A stretch of DNA of 64,000 nucleotides, taken from Ranitomeya imitator (lineage: Eukaryota). Position 1 is the stretch's first letter. Each line of letters starts with the position of its first letter. The stretch covers positions 487,692,001-487,756,000 of the forward strand of contig NC_091286.1 in assembly GCF_032444005.1 (NCBI RefSeq), in the 5' to 3' direction. This document shows, one piece after another, positions 37,027 through 49,050 of the stretch. Position numbers and translations under genes: made by a program. A model generated the notes under the pieces. It ran no database searches, had not been told where the DNA came from, and worked only from the letters and a program-made list of their open reading frames with translations.

Positions 37027-38208
37027 CCCCTTACTCCCTGGGCCATTTTTCATTTTTTGCTCCCCTTCTTCCCACAACAATAATTTTTTTTTTATTGTTC
37101 AGTCAATATGGCCATGCAAGGGCTTGTATTTTGTGGGACTAGTTGTACTTTTGAAAAGTAGACTTGGTTTTAACATATCATGTACTGTAAATCTGGGAAA
37201 AAAATCCAAGTGCGGTGAAATTGCAAAAAAAGTTCTGCAGTTTTCTTTTTGTTAACATGTACACTAAATGCTAAAACTGACTATCTATTATGATTCTCCA
37301 GGTCATGATGAGTTCACAGACACCAAACATGTATAGGTTTTTTTTTATTTAAGTGTTGAAAAAAATTCCCAAATTTGCTTTAAAAAAAGGCGCCATTTTC
37401 TGAGACTTGTAGCATCTTAACTTTTTGTGATCTGGGGCTGGGTGGTGGCTTGGTATTTGCAACCCAAGCTGACATTTTTATTGATACAATTTTGGTATAG
37501 ATACAATGTTTTGATCACCTGTTATTGCATTTTATTGCAATGTAGCGGCAACCACAAAAATGTAATTCTGGCGTTTTGAATTTTTTTCTTGTTACGCTGT
37601 TTAGCAATCAATGTTTTTCTATTGATAGATTAAGTGATTTTGAATGTGGTGATACCAACTATGTGTAGATTTGATTTTTTATTGTTTTCTTTTGAATTGG
37701 GAGAAAGGAAATTGATATGAACCTTTATATTTTTTAATTTTTTTAATATTTTTAAAACCGTGTTTTTATTTTTTGCATGCTTCAATAGTCTCTACGAGAG
37801 ACTAAAAGCTGCAGTACTTTGATTGACTCTGCTACACACAGGCAATGATCAGATCAAATGTGTGTAGCAGAAATGCTCACCTGCTATGAGCGTCAACCAT
37901 GGGGTGGCGCTCATGGCAATCTGGCAATGACAACCACAGAGGTCTGCTGCAGACCTCTGGTTGTCATGCTGACCCATCAGGGTCACTGATGGACAGAGCC
38001 AGTGACGCAGTTCCTGTAAGCGCGAGTTAAGTGCCGCTGTGAGAGATTCATTCAAAGTGGCATTTAACTAATTAACAGCCATGGTAGATCGTCAGGTGTA
38101 TAGATCAGCTGTCATGTGTCCGAAAAGGTGCCGGCTCAGAGCCAGAGCTGGCATCAAACAGAGGGAATCCAACATGTGCGTATTATTATGGCACATGTCA
38201 GAAAGGAG
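37027..38208. mobile_element. Older piggyBac-like MITE, same family as 20604-21873, reverse orientation
   Basis: TTAA flanks (37023-37026, 38209-38212). Sequence is colinear with the reverse complement of 20604-21873. Confidence 0.75.
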
Positions 38209-38235
38209 TTAAAAATATAAATCTGAAAATTTTGA

Positions 38236-39010
38236 CAGGCATTTGTGTTCAGCCCCCTGAGTCAATGCTTTGAAGGATCAAATTTTGCTCTAATTATTAC
38301 TGTAAGTCTTTTGGAGTATGTTTCTACCAGCTTTGCACATTTGGAGGCTAAAATTTGTGTCCATTATTCTTTGCAAACTAGCTCTTGCTCAGAGAGATTG
38401 GATGAAATTGGAGATTGGATGAAAGCAGATGAAAGCATCTGTGAGCAGCAATTTTGAAGTCTTGTCACAGACACATTTTGGTCTAGACTTTGAGTGGTAA
38501 TTCAAACACATGAATATGTCTTGATCTGAACCATTCCATTGTAGCTCTGTAAGTATGTTTAGAGTCATAGTCCTGCTGGAAAGTAAACCTATATCCCTGT
38601 CTCAAGTTTCTTTCAGCCTCTAACAAGTTTTCCTACAGGATTGCCCTGTACTTAACTTCATTAATCTTCTCATCAACTCTGACCAGCTTTCCTGTTTCTG
38701 TTACAAGAAGAGCATTCCCACAGTATGATGCTTCCACCACCATATTTAACTGTGAGGATGGTGTTTTAGGCTGATGTGCAGTGCTAGTTTTCTGCCACAT
38801 ATAGCAGTTTGCAATTAGCCCAAAAAGTGATACTTTAGTCTCATCTGATCAGAGCACCTTCATCCACATGCTTGCTGTGTTTTCTACATGGTATTTTGCA
38901 AACTGCAAACAGGACGTCTTGTGGCTTGTTTAAAAAATGGCTTTCTTTGTGACACTCTCCCATAAATGCCAGGTTTGTGGAGTTTACGAGCAAGACCATG
39001 TTCACATGTT
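38236..39010 (-). mobile_element. Old Tc1 remnant
   Basis: TTCAGCCCCCTGAGTCAA subterminal motif and antisense transposase remnants (GTCTCATCTGATCAGAGCACC). Confidence 0.7.
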
Positions 39011-40039
39011 CAGCATTTCATCAGTATTTAAGATCCATATTTGTAAATCAAAATCAGCACCATATCACTTACTCTCTTATAGGACTTCTTCCATTTTTCC
39101 AGAGGCCACATAGTTCTCTACTGACTACAGTAAGATGCCCATGTGTCTTCTGGAAAAAGCAAGAACAACTTTAATGCAAACCTGTCATCGGGATTTTTCT
39201 AAGTAATCTACAGGCATTGTCAGGTTGGTGCTCTTACACTGATTCAAAGGATACCTGGGATGAGGAAATCCATCCTGTAGTTGTTGTTTAATCTTTGTTT
39301 GCGGTTTTCATTTAATGAGATTATAATGCCTCAGGGCCTTATCATAATCTCAGAGGGATTAAATAGCAGGTCACTGAACTTTCAGTGGCCTGCCTCCTAT
39401 TTTATATACTGTGCTTGCGCAGTTTATATTGGTGGTCTTCAGAAAAAAATAACTCCAGCAAAACGGCCGCTTGCCATATATTCCACTGCCCGTGCCATTT
39501 TGCTGGAGCCAATTTTTTTCTCCAAAATGGTGCCAGCAGTGGTGCATGCACAGTAGCATCTATCTGCAAGTGATATTCTTAATCTACGCAAGCCACACCC
39601 ACTGGCGGTGGCACATGCGCATTAGCATCTATCTGCAAGTGATTCTCTTAATCTTTGCAAGCCCCACCCACTGATGGCAAGCGCTTGTGCAAAATGAGAG
39701 CATTGCTTACAGATAAGTGTTACGGTGCATGCGGCGCAATAGCGCTACTTTTTGGAGAAAAAAATTGAGCTCCAGCAATATGGCACTGGTGGCAGCACAT
39801 GCACAGTAGCATCTATGGCTCCATTTTGCTGGAGTTAATTTTTGTTGTAAAGGCCACAATATAAACTGCGTAACTGCAGTATTTAAAATAGGAGGCAGTT
39901 GTCTGAAGATTTAGTTACCTGTCATTTAGGCCCACATGGATTAAGATGAGGCAAGAGCACCAAATAAAGACCCACCCACAGGCCCACTCCAAAGCTTGAG
40001 AATCTCATTAACTGAAAACAGCAAACAAAGGTTAAACAA

Positions 40040-40100
40040 CAATTGTAAAGTGCTGCGGAATATGTTGGCGCTATATAAATAAAAATTATTATTATTATTT
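40040..40100 (+). mobile_element. 3' tail fragment of an L2/CR1-clade LINE
   Basis: TGTAAAGTGCTGCGGAATATGTTGGCGCTATATAAATAAA followed by (ATT)n; recognised from memory as a typical amphibian LINE tail. Confidence 0.55.
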
Positions 40101-42480
40101 CTTCAACCCAGGTATAATGTAAAATCATTGTGACACCGTCAACCTATCAGTGCCTGTAATTTACTTAGCAAAATCTTTGACAGGTTCGCTTCACTAGAAT
40201 TATGCTATACATGTTTGTTGTTACATGTCTCTTAAAGAAAAAAAAAACCTTTTTGTCTTGCTAGGACATGGCAAACTGGGCCAAAACCTTGGCTGGCTTG
40301 GTTTTCCCCCAGGAATAACTAGTTTACTTAGGAAGTCTCCCTTTTATATTTTTGCCATTCATATGTTCATATGTGCATCTGAAGTTCTCTAGGAAAAATA
40401 TCTTCAAATTCCAATTAAACAGCAGAAAAACAAATAATTACTTTAAGCTTCAGTATACCCTGATTTTAAAATTTCAAGATAGGACATTGGTCTAATCATT
40501 ATCTATTAAGAAGTGCTATTCAACTGGTAAACTAGAAAATACTACTTACTACTTTTTTCAAGTTATTATGACAGATAACAGTAGAAGGTTAGATTTTATA
40601 TTATCATTGCCCAGATTATCATGCTTTCTGATTTTGCTAATAGATGATATGTAGTTCTCAGTAATGCACTTGTACTGGTTTCAGTATGATTTATCCCAGC
40701 TCATATTTTACGTAAATTATAGTTTTTAATTCTTCTATGCAATATTCGTTTACATATTAAAAGCTGGAAGCCTTGTTATGCAGATTTAATCTAAGTGCCA
40801 ACAGCCAATGTCAGCCAATGTTGTTGGCAATGAAGACAACTAAGTGCTGTTCATTGCCAGGCACCACATTTTGTTAACATGGGACCATATAGTGACAGAT
40901 TCAGTAAAAGTGATGTAAAACATACTGTTTTTTTCATCATATTTTGTTCCAAAGCTTTTATTAAAGTATGATATTATTTGGCCAGGTTGAACTTGGCATT
41001 GGCTACATTTGTAAAATATGACACTTGCCAAAAAACATGACAGACATTAGTATACTAATCTAAATATGTGTGCTGTAATTCGGGGTATTTTGATTTTACA
41101 TTTGAATTGGTACTTTCATTGCCTCCTTATCTGAATTGAGGAGTTTACTAATTTTGTGCATGCTATGATTTGTAGTAAAGGTGGTAGAACATCTAGATCA
41201 CTTGAACCGATAAAATCAATGTTTATTCCAAAATTGTTAAAAACATCTTCAGTGTATATTCCATAAAAATATTAGGTGAGAGGTCTATGAGACATGGGAG
41301 TTGTTTCTAACCTTTCAACTCCCTGATTCTTAGTCATAACATTAAGACTTAGAACCAGGAAGTTCAAAGGGGTTCGAAACATAGTAACGGCCATGACTTC
41401 TACATTTTTTGCCTAATCTTTCATGGAATATGCACAGATGAAGGTGTGTTTAACCATTTTGGAATAAATATTGTTTTTATCTATTCAAATGTGCTCGATG
41501 CCCTACTTCCTTGCAACCTTCTGTGTGTGATTGACTCTCACAAGTGCTCCAGTGCACTACATTTTGTGGTTCCTGGCCTATAGGAGGAAGAGATGGACAC
41601 GTTTTCTCCTCTTTTTAATCTGATTTCAGATACCCTAACTCAGTATGGCAATTGATTATTGTTATAAAGGCAAGTTATATATGCTGAATCTGTTGGGGGT
41701 CAGCAATATAAATGTGGCATTGTTAACATTATCTATGAAGGGCCAGTATAGGGCACAATAGGACCAGCTAGAGCATCATTTACCATTCATTTTAGAGTTC
41801 CAATCTATGCAATAAGGCAGGGACTAAGATTAGGGTACAAGAGGGTGTTTAAGTACTTGTGTAGTTGTGACCTAGGAATAACCTTATTCTATTTACGAGT
41901 GATACAGTAAACTGACTAATATGGATCTCTGGTATATCTGTGTTCAGACAGGGCAGGGCATGTCATGGTTTAATTTGTATATTACCAATACAGATGGAGA
42001 CAGATCATGTCTCTTTAAAGTCCTGTGTGACAAGTCTCTTACTGACACATTCCCTCTGTGGGAATGCTGATAATTACATACATGTTTAGTGAGCCCTGAA
42101 GGTGTCACAAGGCCCCCACTATTTTGCTGACCTTCTGATCATCCAAGATAAGAGAATTATTATACATATATGTCTATAATACTTTGCTAGCAATACTATT
42201 ATCGTGGTCTTTTTCACTTCTTTTTTTTTCATGGTGGGACCATTGTTAAGTGGTCTCTTTTAAAGCCATGTCTTAAATACTATGATTTTATGAGGTAGAT
42301 TTTTCAGTGAATATTTTTCAAAACTGTGCCACCTATAGCTTAATTTTGCATCTGAAGGGTATGCTTTATTATCCTATTAAATGAGAATATTCAATATGGA
42401 CAATATCTTTTTTTATGTAAGTTAGAGAGCCTAGAGCCCTAAGAAAAAGCAGCCTATTCCATCAGAAAAGTTGACATAAC

Positions 42481-43095
42481 TAGAGATGAGTGATAGGATC
42501 TGCGAAGGATCGAGTTTAGTTGAATTTTCTGAAATTCATGGTTTAATGCAAATTCAAAAAATTTGAGATTCAATTTGTGGTTCGCATGAAAAAACTCTTG
42601 GAAGGCACCATTTCCCACACTTGAAGCAACAGAGAGCAGACTAATGTCTTTTTCGTGGCGGCATGGGTTTCCCCAATTACCTGCAGTTTTGACATCGAGC
42701 AGATTATCATAGCAGTGGTGGTCAATACCTGGGCCATCACAGATCAGAGTTTACCAGTGGAGTTTGTACTACAAAGTCACTTCCATCTTCTGAGTCGCTG
42801 GATATGTCTCTCTCTTGTAGAAAGTAAGCCCTTATAGTCCGTGAGGTCCTCTCTACTTCTCTCTTCTGTAGACTATGAGAACCTAGCGCAACAGTATCCT
42901 CTCACCTGTAAATTGTAAGCTCTAATGGTCAGTGGGGTTATTGCTTTTTCTTCTCCCTTCATGTATTTTCCGAGCAAGCACAAGGTTTTTAGTATTGAGA
43001 TTACAGTTACTCAAGTATATTTTCTCTACATTGTACTTTTGGGGATAATTTGAAAAAATTGACATTCTCAAATTTTTTATGATCCGCTCATTCTA
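42481..43095. mobile_element. Old hAT-type MITE
   Basis: TAGAGATGAG...GCTCATTCTA termini. 8-bp flanks GACATAAC/GACCTAAC (1 mismatch). Confidence 0.7.
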
Positions 43096-43607
43096 GACCT
43101 AACCATTTAGAACACAATAAGCACCATGTTATTTTAAACCATAAATAAATGATTGCATTCAGCCTGTGCAACTGATATCAGCTTAATAATAATATGACTA
43201 CAGTAAAGAAAACATGGCAAATACTAATCAGCTGATTGCAAGAGGAGAAGGGGTTTTCCTTTTGGGATCATTTTAAGAGTAAGAGCACATGGCTTTGCTA
43301 TTTGTATGGCGGAAAAATCTTCTACCTGGATTTATCAATGATCAAATTAAGTTAAGTTAATTTGTGCAGCTTTTGTATAAAAGTAATGTGGGTAGAGTTT
43401 CAGATGAGTGGCCAACCACACTATCTCGTCTCTTAGAGCTGAGTGTCATCTTTTTCTTTCTTTCTGATTTCTAAATAGAAATCGGAGAAGTGTTGCTTGA
43501 GCAGTGGTATAGAGTACAAAACAGCAACTTAACACACATATGCAATAGCTGTTAGCTGATATTTTAGAATTAACCTAAAGAGAAGGGAAAAAATGTTTGG
43601 AGAGTTA

Positions 43608-44431
43608 GGCTATGTGCACACGTTGCAGATTATTTTTTTTCATGGCGAAAATGCATACACAAAACAACCCATTGAATTCAATGGGATTCCGTAATGCTGT
43701 GCTAATGCTGCGTATTTTTCCGCGGCAGAATCGCATCATGGAAAAATACGCAGCATATTCATTCTTTGTGCGGAATCACGGTGATTCTGCACAGATAAGA
43801 GTGCATTGATCTGCTTACTTCCCACATGGGGCCAAGCCCACAATGCACAAAGTAAGCAGATCATGTGCCCTAAAAAAGAATTAAAATAAAAAATAGTTAT
43901 ATACTCACCTTCTGGCGACCCCCGGATCTAGACCAGGCCTTAGCAATGCTTCCGGCAGCTCCCGTTCCCGGTAATGCCTTGCGACAATGATCTGTGATGA
44001 CATAGCGGTCTCGCATGATGCTATTTCATCTGAGGTCATTGTCGTGAGGTATCACTGGAAACGAAAGCTGTTGGGAGCATTGTGAGGATCGGGAAGGCTG
44101 TGGGGGCCGCCGGAAGGTGAGAATATAAAAAAAAAATTTAATTATTTTTAACATTATATCTCTTTACCACATCAATAGTAAAAAGTTGGTTACACTTGTC
44201 AAACACTATGTTTGACAAGTGTGACCAATCTGTCAATCATTTTTCCAAGCGATGCTACAGATCGAATAGGAAAACGCTAGCATTCTGCAAGCTAATTACA
44301 CTTTCAAAACGCTAATGTTTAGCAGGAATATGCGTGCCCGTGCCAATTCCGCATGCGTTTTACCCGCTACAAGGAGTTGCAGAATTGCCACGGAAATTGC
44401 TGCAGCAATTCAGCAACGTGTGCACATAGCC
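43608..44431. mobile_element. PIF/Harbinger-type MITE
   Basis: Perfect TIR GGCTATGTGCACACGTTGC; flanks TTA/TTT. Confidence 0.85.
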
Positions 44432-44709
44432 TTTATGTTCTTGAAATCATAAATACGCTTTACTGGAGGTATAACTTAAGACACAACATTATTAAGTTGA
44501 GATACAAAAATAGCAAAAATATACAAAACCAGAATTTTGGCCCAATTTACTCTGCAAATGTGACCATTTTTCAATTTTGATATTTGAGAGCCCATAATTA
44601 TGTATTCCTACCTAAAGAGACAATATTTTGGGCTTTAATACTAAAACATAACTATTATAAATATACCATGTTGCTTATCTTCTCAGCTTATAGTGAAGTT
44701 ACACATTAA

Positions 44710-45099
44710 GAGTATGTGCACGCGTCAGGATTTCTTGCAGAAATTTTCCTGACAAAAAACAGACATTTCTGCCAAAAATCCACATGCGTTTTTTACACAT
44801 TTTTTCATGCTTTTTTGACGCGTTTTTGACACGTTTTTGGTGCATTTTTTGTGCGTTTTTTCCCAAATGCATAGAATAGCGGGAAACATGCAAAAAATCC
44901 ACAAAATTAATGAACATGCTGCTTTTTTACCGCAATGCGTTTTTTTCCCAGAAAAAAACGCATCATGTGCACAAAACATGCAGAATGCATTCTAAATGAT
45001 AGGATGCATAATGTATGCGTTTTTAATGAGTTTTTATAGCTTTTTTATCGCGAAAAACGTGAAAAAAATGCGAAAAAACCTGAACGTGTACACATACCC
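44710..45099. mobile_element. PIF/Harbinger-type MITE
   Basis: G(A/G)GTATGTG(C/T)AC termini, TSD TAA on both sides. Confidence 0.85.
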
Positions 45100-45649
45100 T
45101 AACAAAAGAAATCATACAAAAGAAGCTAAAATACACTGTGGCTGCAGCTCTGTCTCACATCGCATTGAACTTTTAGAAGTTTGGTGATTTATAACGTGCT
45201 ACATTTTTTTTTTATTTTCATCACTACCCTCTAAAATCCATAACTTTTTATTTTTTCAGCAACATAGCTATATAAAGGTTGTTTTAAAAGGGAGAGGTTG
45301 TGTTTTTCACTGTCATCATTTTCTGTGCACATAATTTATTGTATTAGCTAACTTTTATTAACTTTTTCGGGGGATGAAAAATCGCAGCATTTTTTAAGGC
45401 ATTCACATAGCACAGTGCATAAATAGCAAAATAACCTTACTCTACAGGTAGAAAAATGATATTGATACTAATGTTTTTCTATTTTTTATTTATATATTTG
45501 ACAAACTTTTCACAGTAAATTATTTAATGCATTTAAACATGTTTCTTTGCCATTATATTCTTAAAGACAACTTTTTTTAGTTTTCAAATCTTTTTGAAGT
45601 ACACACAAATTTTGGATTGCTAATTAATTCATGCTTTAAGGCATAATAA

Positions 45650-45750
45650 GCAAAAATAAACATTTCTTTTACGGAGTTCAAAGAAAGTGTTTAAAACATG
45701 ATAAGTTATAGTTTGGGTTTCTATAGAGAGAGAGTGATACTAAGGTAAGG
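45650..45750 (+). promoter_or_regulatory. Alternative candidate for SI non-coding exon 1 and donor
   Basis: Strong donor TAAG|GTAAGG at 45744/45745 in unique DNA, 2.65 kb upstream of the ATG exon. Upstream AATAAA...TTTTAC (Cdx-like), TGATAA and TTTAAAA. Confidence 0.3.
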
Positions 45751-46573
45751 TATTTTTCATTTTTACATAATAAATCAGAAATAGAGGGGAAATATTTATT
45801 CTGTTTATATATAATTTGTATCAATTTACGAGATTTATCTTTGATTTTTTCACTTTGATATGCCATCCCTCACAGGCTGACATTCTGTTAGGTCTTAATA
45901 GGTGTTTAAATATGGCAGATTTGTGGCCCACTGTTAGACTCCTTTAGGATATAGCAACCCATCGGCATAGTGAGAGCAGATTTTTTATTTAAGTGGTCAA
46001 TGGGTTGATGGAGAGAGTCTAGTCCTGTGATTAGCAATGACAGTGGCATCACATGATAGAATAGATATCTGAGCTTGAACTTATCTTTAATCACGGCCAT
46101 TACAGAATTTGGGATTGTTAACAAATGTAACGCACTGTCCATCCCAGTTTACAACTAACAAAGTAGTAATAAACTATTTATTCCCCAAAAATGAGCTTCT
46201 TGCAGATCCCTCTGAAAATAACAAATACGTAAAATCCAACATGCTCATATTATTTCCTCATTCTCTGATGTCAAGAAACTCCCATGCACATTTGATTTTT
46301 AGTTTGTCTAACAAAAAATGTTGAATTGTTTGAATAACTTCTCGAGTATGGGATAAAAAATGAACAATCTTTGATGCTGCTTACAAAGGGCTTACAACAA
46401 CTGCCTGAATCCAATCGAAGCATGAATTGATGAGCATTACCATAAAAGAGAAAGAGTTATCAATATTAAACAAAAAAGATATACAGTATATATTGGTACG
46501 ATTTTAGACAGTAGATAGAAAAATATTTAGAATTGAGAGTCCTCAGTGGTTGATACCTTTTAATGGCTAACTG

Positions 46574-46722
46574 TAGGGTTGAGCGACCTTGACTTTTTTA
46601 GGGTCGAGCCGGGTTTCGCGAAACCCGACTATCTCAAAAGTCGAGTCGAGTGAAATCGGCCGATTATGGCGAAAAGTCGACCGAAACACGAAACCCAATG
46701 CAAAGGCAATGGGATTTTTTTT

Positions 46723-46769
<47 letters not shown>

Positions 46770-47063
46770 CGTCCGTCCCTGAACTGAAAAACTGGTGTTA
46801 CACAGTGCAAATCGCTACAGCGCACAAGCGACAACATGGCGATAGGCGTCCACGCCCCTAAGACCTATGTCATCACTCTGCCCACGCCCCTTCATTGGCT
46901 GAAAAAAATGGCGCCAAGCGCGTCATACGAAACGCGACTTTGGCGCGAAAGTCGCGTACCGCATGGCCGACCCCACACAGGGATCGGGTCGGGTTTCATG
47001 AAACCCGACTTTGCCAAAAGTCGGCGACTTTTGAAAATGAACGATCCGTTTCGCTCAACCCTA
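46574..47063. mobile_element. hAT-type MITE with internal (CT)n
   Basis: TIR TAGGGTTGAGCG/CGCTCAACCCTA, 8-bp TSD GCTAACTG (46566-46573, 47064-47071). Confidence 0.92.
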
Positions 47064-47088
47064 GCTAACTGAAAAGATGGTAACAAAT

Positions 47089-47127
47089 TGCAACCTTTCG
47101 AGACTACTCAGGTCTCTTCATCAGGCA
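47089..47127 (-). ncRNA. Minimal hammerhead ribozyme motif, stem III mutated
   Basis: Minus strand reads TGC CTGATGA A GAGAC CTGAGTA GTCTC GAA AGGT T GCA. Confidence 0.55.
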
Positions 47128-47189
47128 TAGACTAAAAGAAATTCTGAATAAATATAAATATGTGATTCTTCAGATTTTGTATTAGTCTA

Positions 47190-47228
47190 TGCCTGATGAA
47201 GAGACCTGTGTAGTCTCGAAAGCTTGCA
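47190..47228 (+). ncRNA. Minimal type I hammerhead ribozyme motif
   Basis: TGC CTGATGA A GAGAC-CTGTGTA-GTCTC GAA AGCT T GCA: core boxes, 5-bp stem II, palindromic AGCT stem III, 3-bp stem I. Confidence 0.65.
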
Positions 47229-47334
47229 ATTTGTTACCATCTTTTCACTTAGCCTTTAAAAGGTATCAACCACTGAGGACTCTCAATATTAAACAGTAAG
47301 TTTTTGTGTTGTCATAATGCATTGAGTCTCTTAA

Positions 47335-47721
47335 AGGGGTTGTCAACTTCTTAGATATTGATAGGCTATCCTTAGAGTAGGTCATCAATATCAGATCTAT
47401 GAGATTCCGACAACCAGCAGTCCCAAGAGTCATGTGTTTGTAGTCCTGACTGCAGCCAGATGTAAGAAGTGTACAGATCTGGAACAGCTCAATACACTGG
47501 GTAGCGGCTGTACTCAAATCTGTAGCTCAATCCCTGTGGAAGTGAAAAGGAGATGAGCTGCAGTACTCAAGAATGTCCACTACACAGTGCACAGAACTTT
47601 GGTGTTACAGCTCAAAATACGGTTTACATCCATCCCAAAGCCTGATATCACCAGATATTTTCTGATATTTATAATCTACCTTAAGAATAGACCATCAATA
47701 TACAGGTAATTGACAACCCCT
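47335..47721. mobile_element. T2/Kolobok-type MITE
   Basis: TTAA TSD (47331-47334, 47722-47725). AGGGGTTGTCAA/TTGACAACCCCT TIR. Confidence 0.8.
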
Positions 47722-47733
47722 TTAAATATCCAC

Positions 47734-48188
47734 AAACGTTCAGAGAAGAGCTGCCAGGATGGTGAGCAGACTGCAAAGTATTTCCTACAAGAAAAGGTTA
47801 AAGGATCTGGGGAAGTTTAGCTTGCAAAAAAGAAGGCTAAGAGGAGACTTAATAGATGTCTACAAATATCTGAAGGGCTGTCACAGTGTAGAGGAATTAT
47901 CCTTATTCTCATTTGCACATGGAAACATGACAAGCAATGGGATGAAACTGAAAGGGAGAAGATAAAGATTAGATAATAGAAAAAACCTTTTGACAGTGGG
48001 AGTCATCAACAAGTGGAACAGGCTGCCATGAGAGGTGGTGAGTTCTCCTTCAAAGAAAGTCTTCAAACAGATGCTTTACAGACACCTGAGGTGGCTTAGT
48101 GAATCCTGCACTGCATTGAACAGGGGCTTGAACACGATAACCATTGAGGTCCCTTCCTACTCCAACATTCTATGATTCTATGATTCTA
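47734..48188 (+). mobile_element. 5'-truncated CR1 LINE
   Basis: RT C-terminus (SYKKRLKDLGKFSLQKRRLRGDLIDVYKYLKG), 3' UTR and the (ATTCTATG)n CR1 tail. Confidence 0.92.
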
Positions 48189-48398
48189 GACTGCAATAGA
48201 AATATCTGTATTAATACACATAAAAATGAAAATCATTCTTTTCTATGATGTTATAGTACCTTTATGCATTCAAATACTTTGAGTATAAAGGACAATTGTT
48301 AAAAATAGTTAGTAATATTTATTATATAAAACCTTAATTCAGACTAAAAACCCTATGAGCAAAGTTTTTAATAAATTATTTTTCTTTTTCCTTTACAG

Positions 48399-48525
48399 AT
48401 GGGGAAGAAAAGGAAATTTAGTTTTTTGGAGATTATTCTAATTGTGCTTTTTATTATGATGACAATAATATCAGTTGCTTTTGTTGCCCTTTTTGCAACA
48501 GGACAACCAGGACTCAAATCAGCAG
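48399..48525 (+). CDS. SI: Sucrase-isomaltase / maltase-glucoamylase family gene, first coding exon (cytoplasmic tail + signal-anchor)
   Basis: Acceptor TTTTCTTTTTCCTTTACAG is followed directly by ATG. Translation MGKKRKFSFLEIILIVLFIMMTIISVAFVALFATGQPGLKSA, phase-1 donor AG|GTAAAA. Matches the recalled SI N-terminus (MARKKFSGLEISLIVLF...) and exon layout. An MGAM paralog is not excluded. Confidence 0.88.
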
Positions 48526-48964
48526 GTAAAAAACACTAATTAATTGCATGAACAATCCTTAACATCGTATAATAATGAAGCGTGATGAGTCTGTCTTCAC
48601 TTTTAGCTGATGCATAACAAGCAGATACATTGAATATATTTATTTTAACCTATGGCTTCAACTTGTTTGCATAATTATTTTTCCCAGATGTAGATTTACA
48701 TGATCATTTTTAATCATTTTGGTTCCCCCATGCTAAGTTTGTGGTTTAAATAAGGTAGAGAATCTCTCCCTGTTTCACTTTCTTGATGTGATTAAGTAAA
48801 TAAATTAGTAGCTCAGAGGATAGATCTCTTATCTCTTGATACACTTTCCTTCATAACTATAACCTTTCTGAAAGTAGATTTCTTTGGAAGCTTAGAAACG
48901 TGTAAACTTAAATAATAAAAAAAGATCTAATGGTTCCTATTTCTTTGAAATGTTTTGCTTTTAG

Positions 48965-49050
48965 ACTCTTCCCCGCCATTTAAAGGTGTATGTCCAGCTA
49001 CCTCTCATAAAGACAGAATAGACTGTCTTCCAGATCAATTAGCTTCTGAG
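48965..49050 (+). CDS. SI: SI/MGAM family gene, second coding exon (stalk + start of trefoil/P-type domain)
   Basis: Acceptor TTTTGCTTTTAG. Phase 1 joins in frame to the previous exon, giving DSSPPFKGVCPATSHKDRIDCLPDQLASE. Donor GAG|GTGAGA. Matches the C-P...RI.C.P(D/E)Q..E pattern. Confidence 0.9.

Larger units (their letters stand above)
46533..47286. mobile_element. Penelope-like-derived fold-back element (about 256 bp without the nested hAT MITE)
   Basis: Inverted arms TTGAGAGTCCTCAGTGGTTGATACCTTT...TCTGAA with a roughly 20-nt loop. Each arm carries a hammerhead motif. Confidence 0.7.

Noticed and set aside
39173-40190. Possible T2/Kolobok MITE (AACCTGTCA...TGACAGGTT)
   Set aside because: The ends are too degenerate and the TTAA TSD is not recoverable, so boundaries are unsupported.
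43340-43480. TATAAAAG at 43376 as the SI promoter
   Set aside because: No credible GT donor within first-exon distance downstream.
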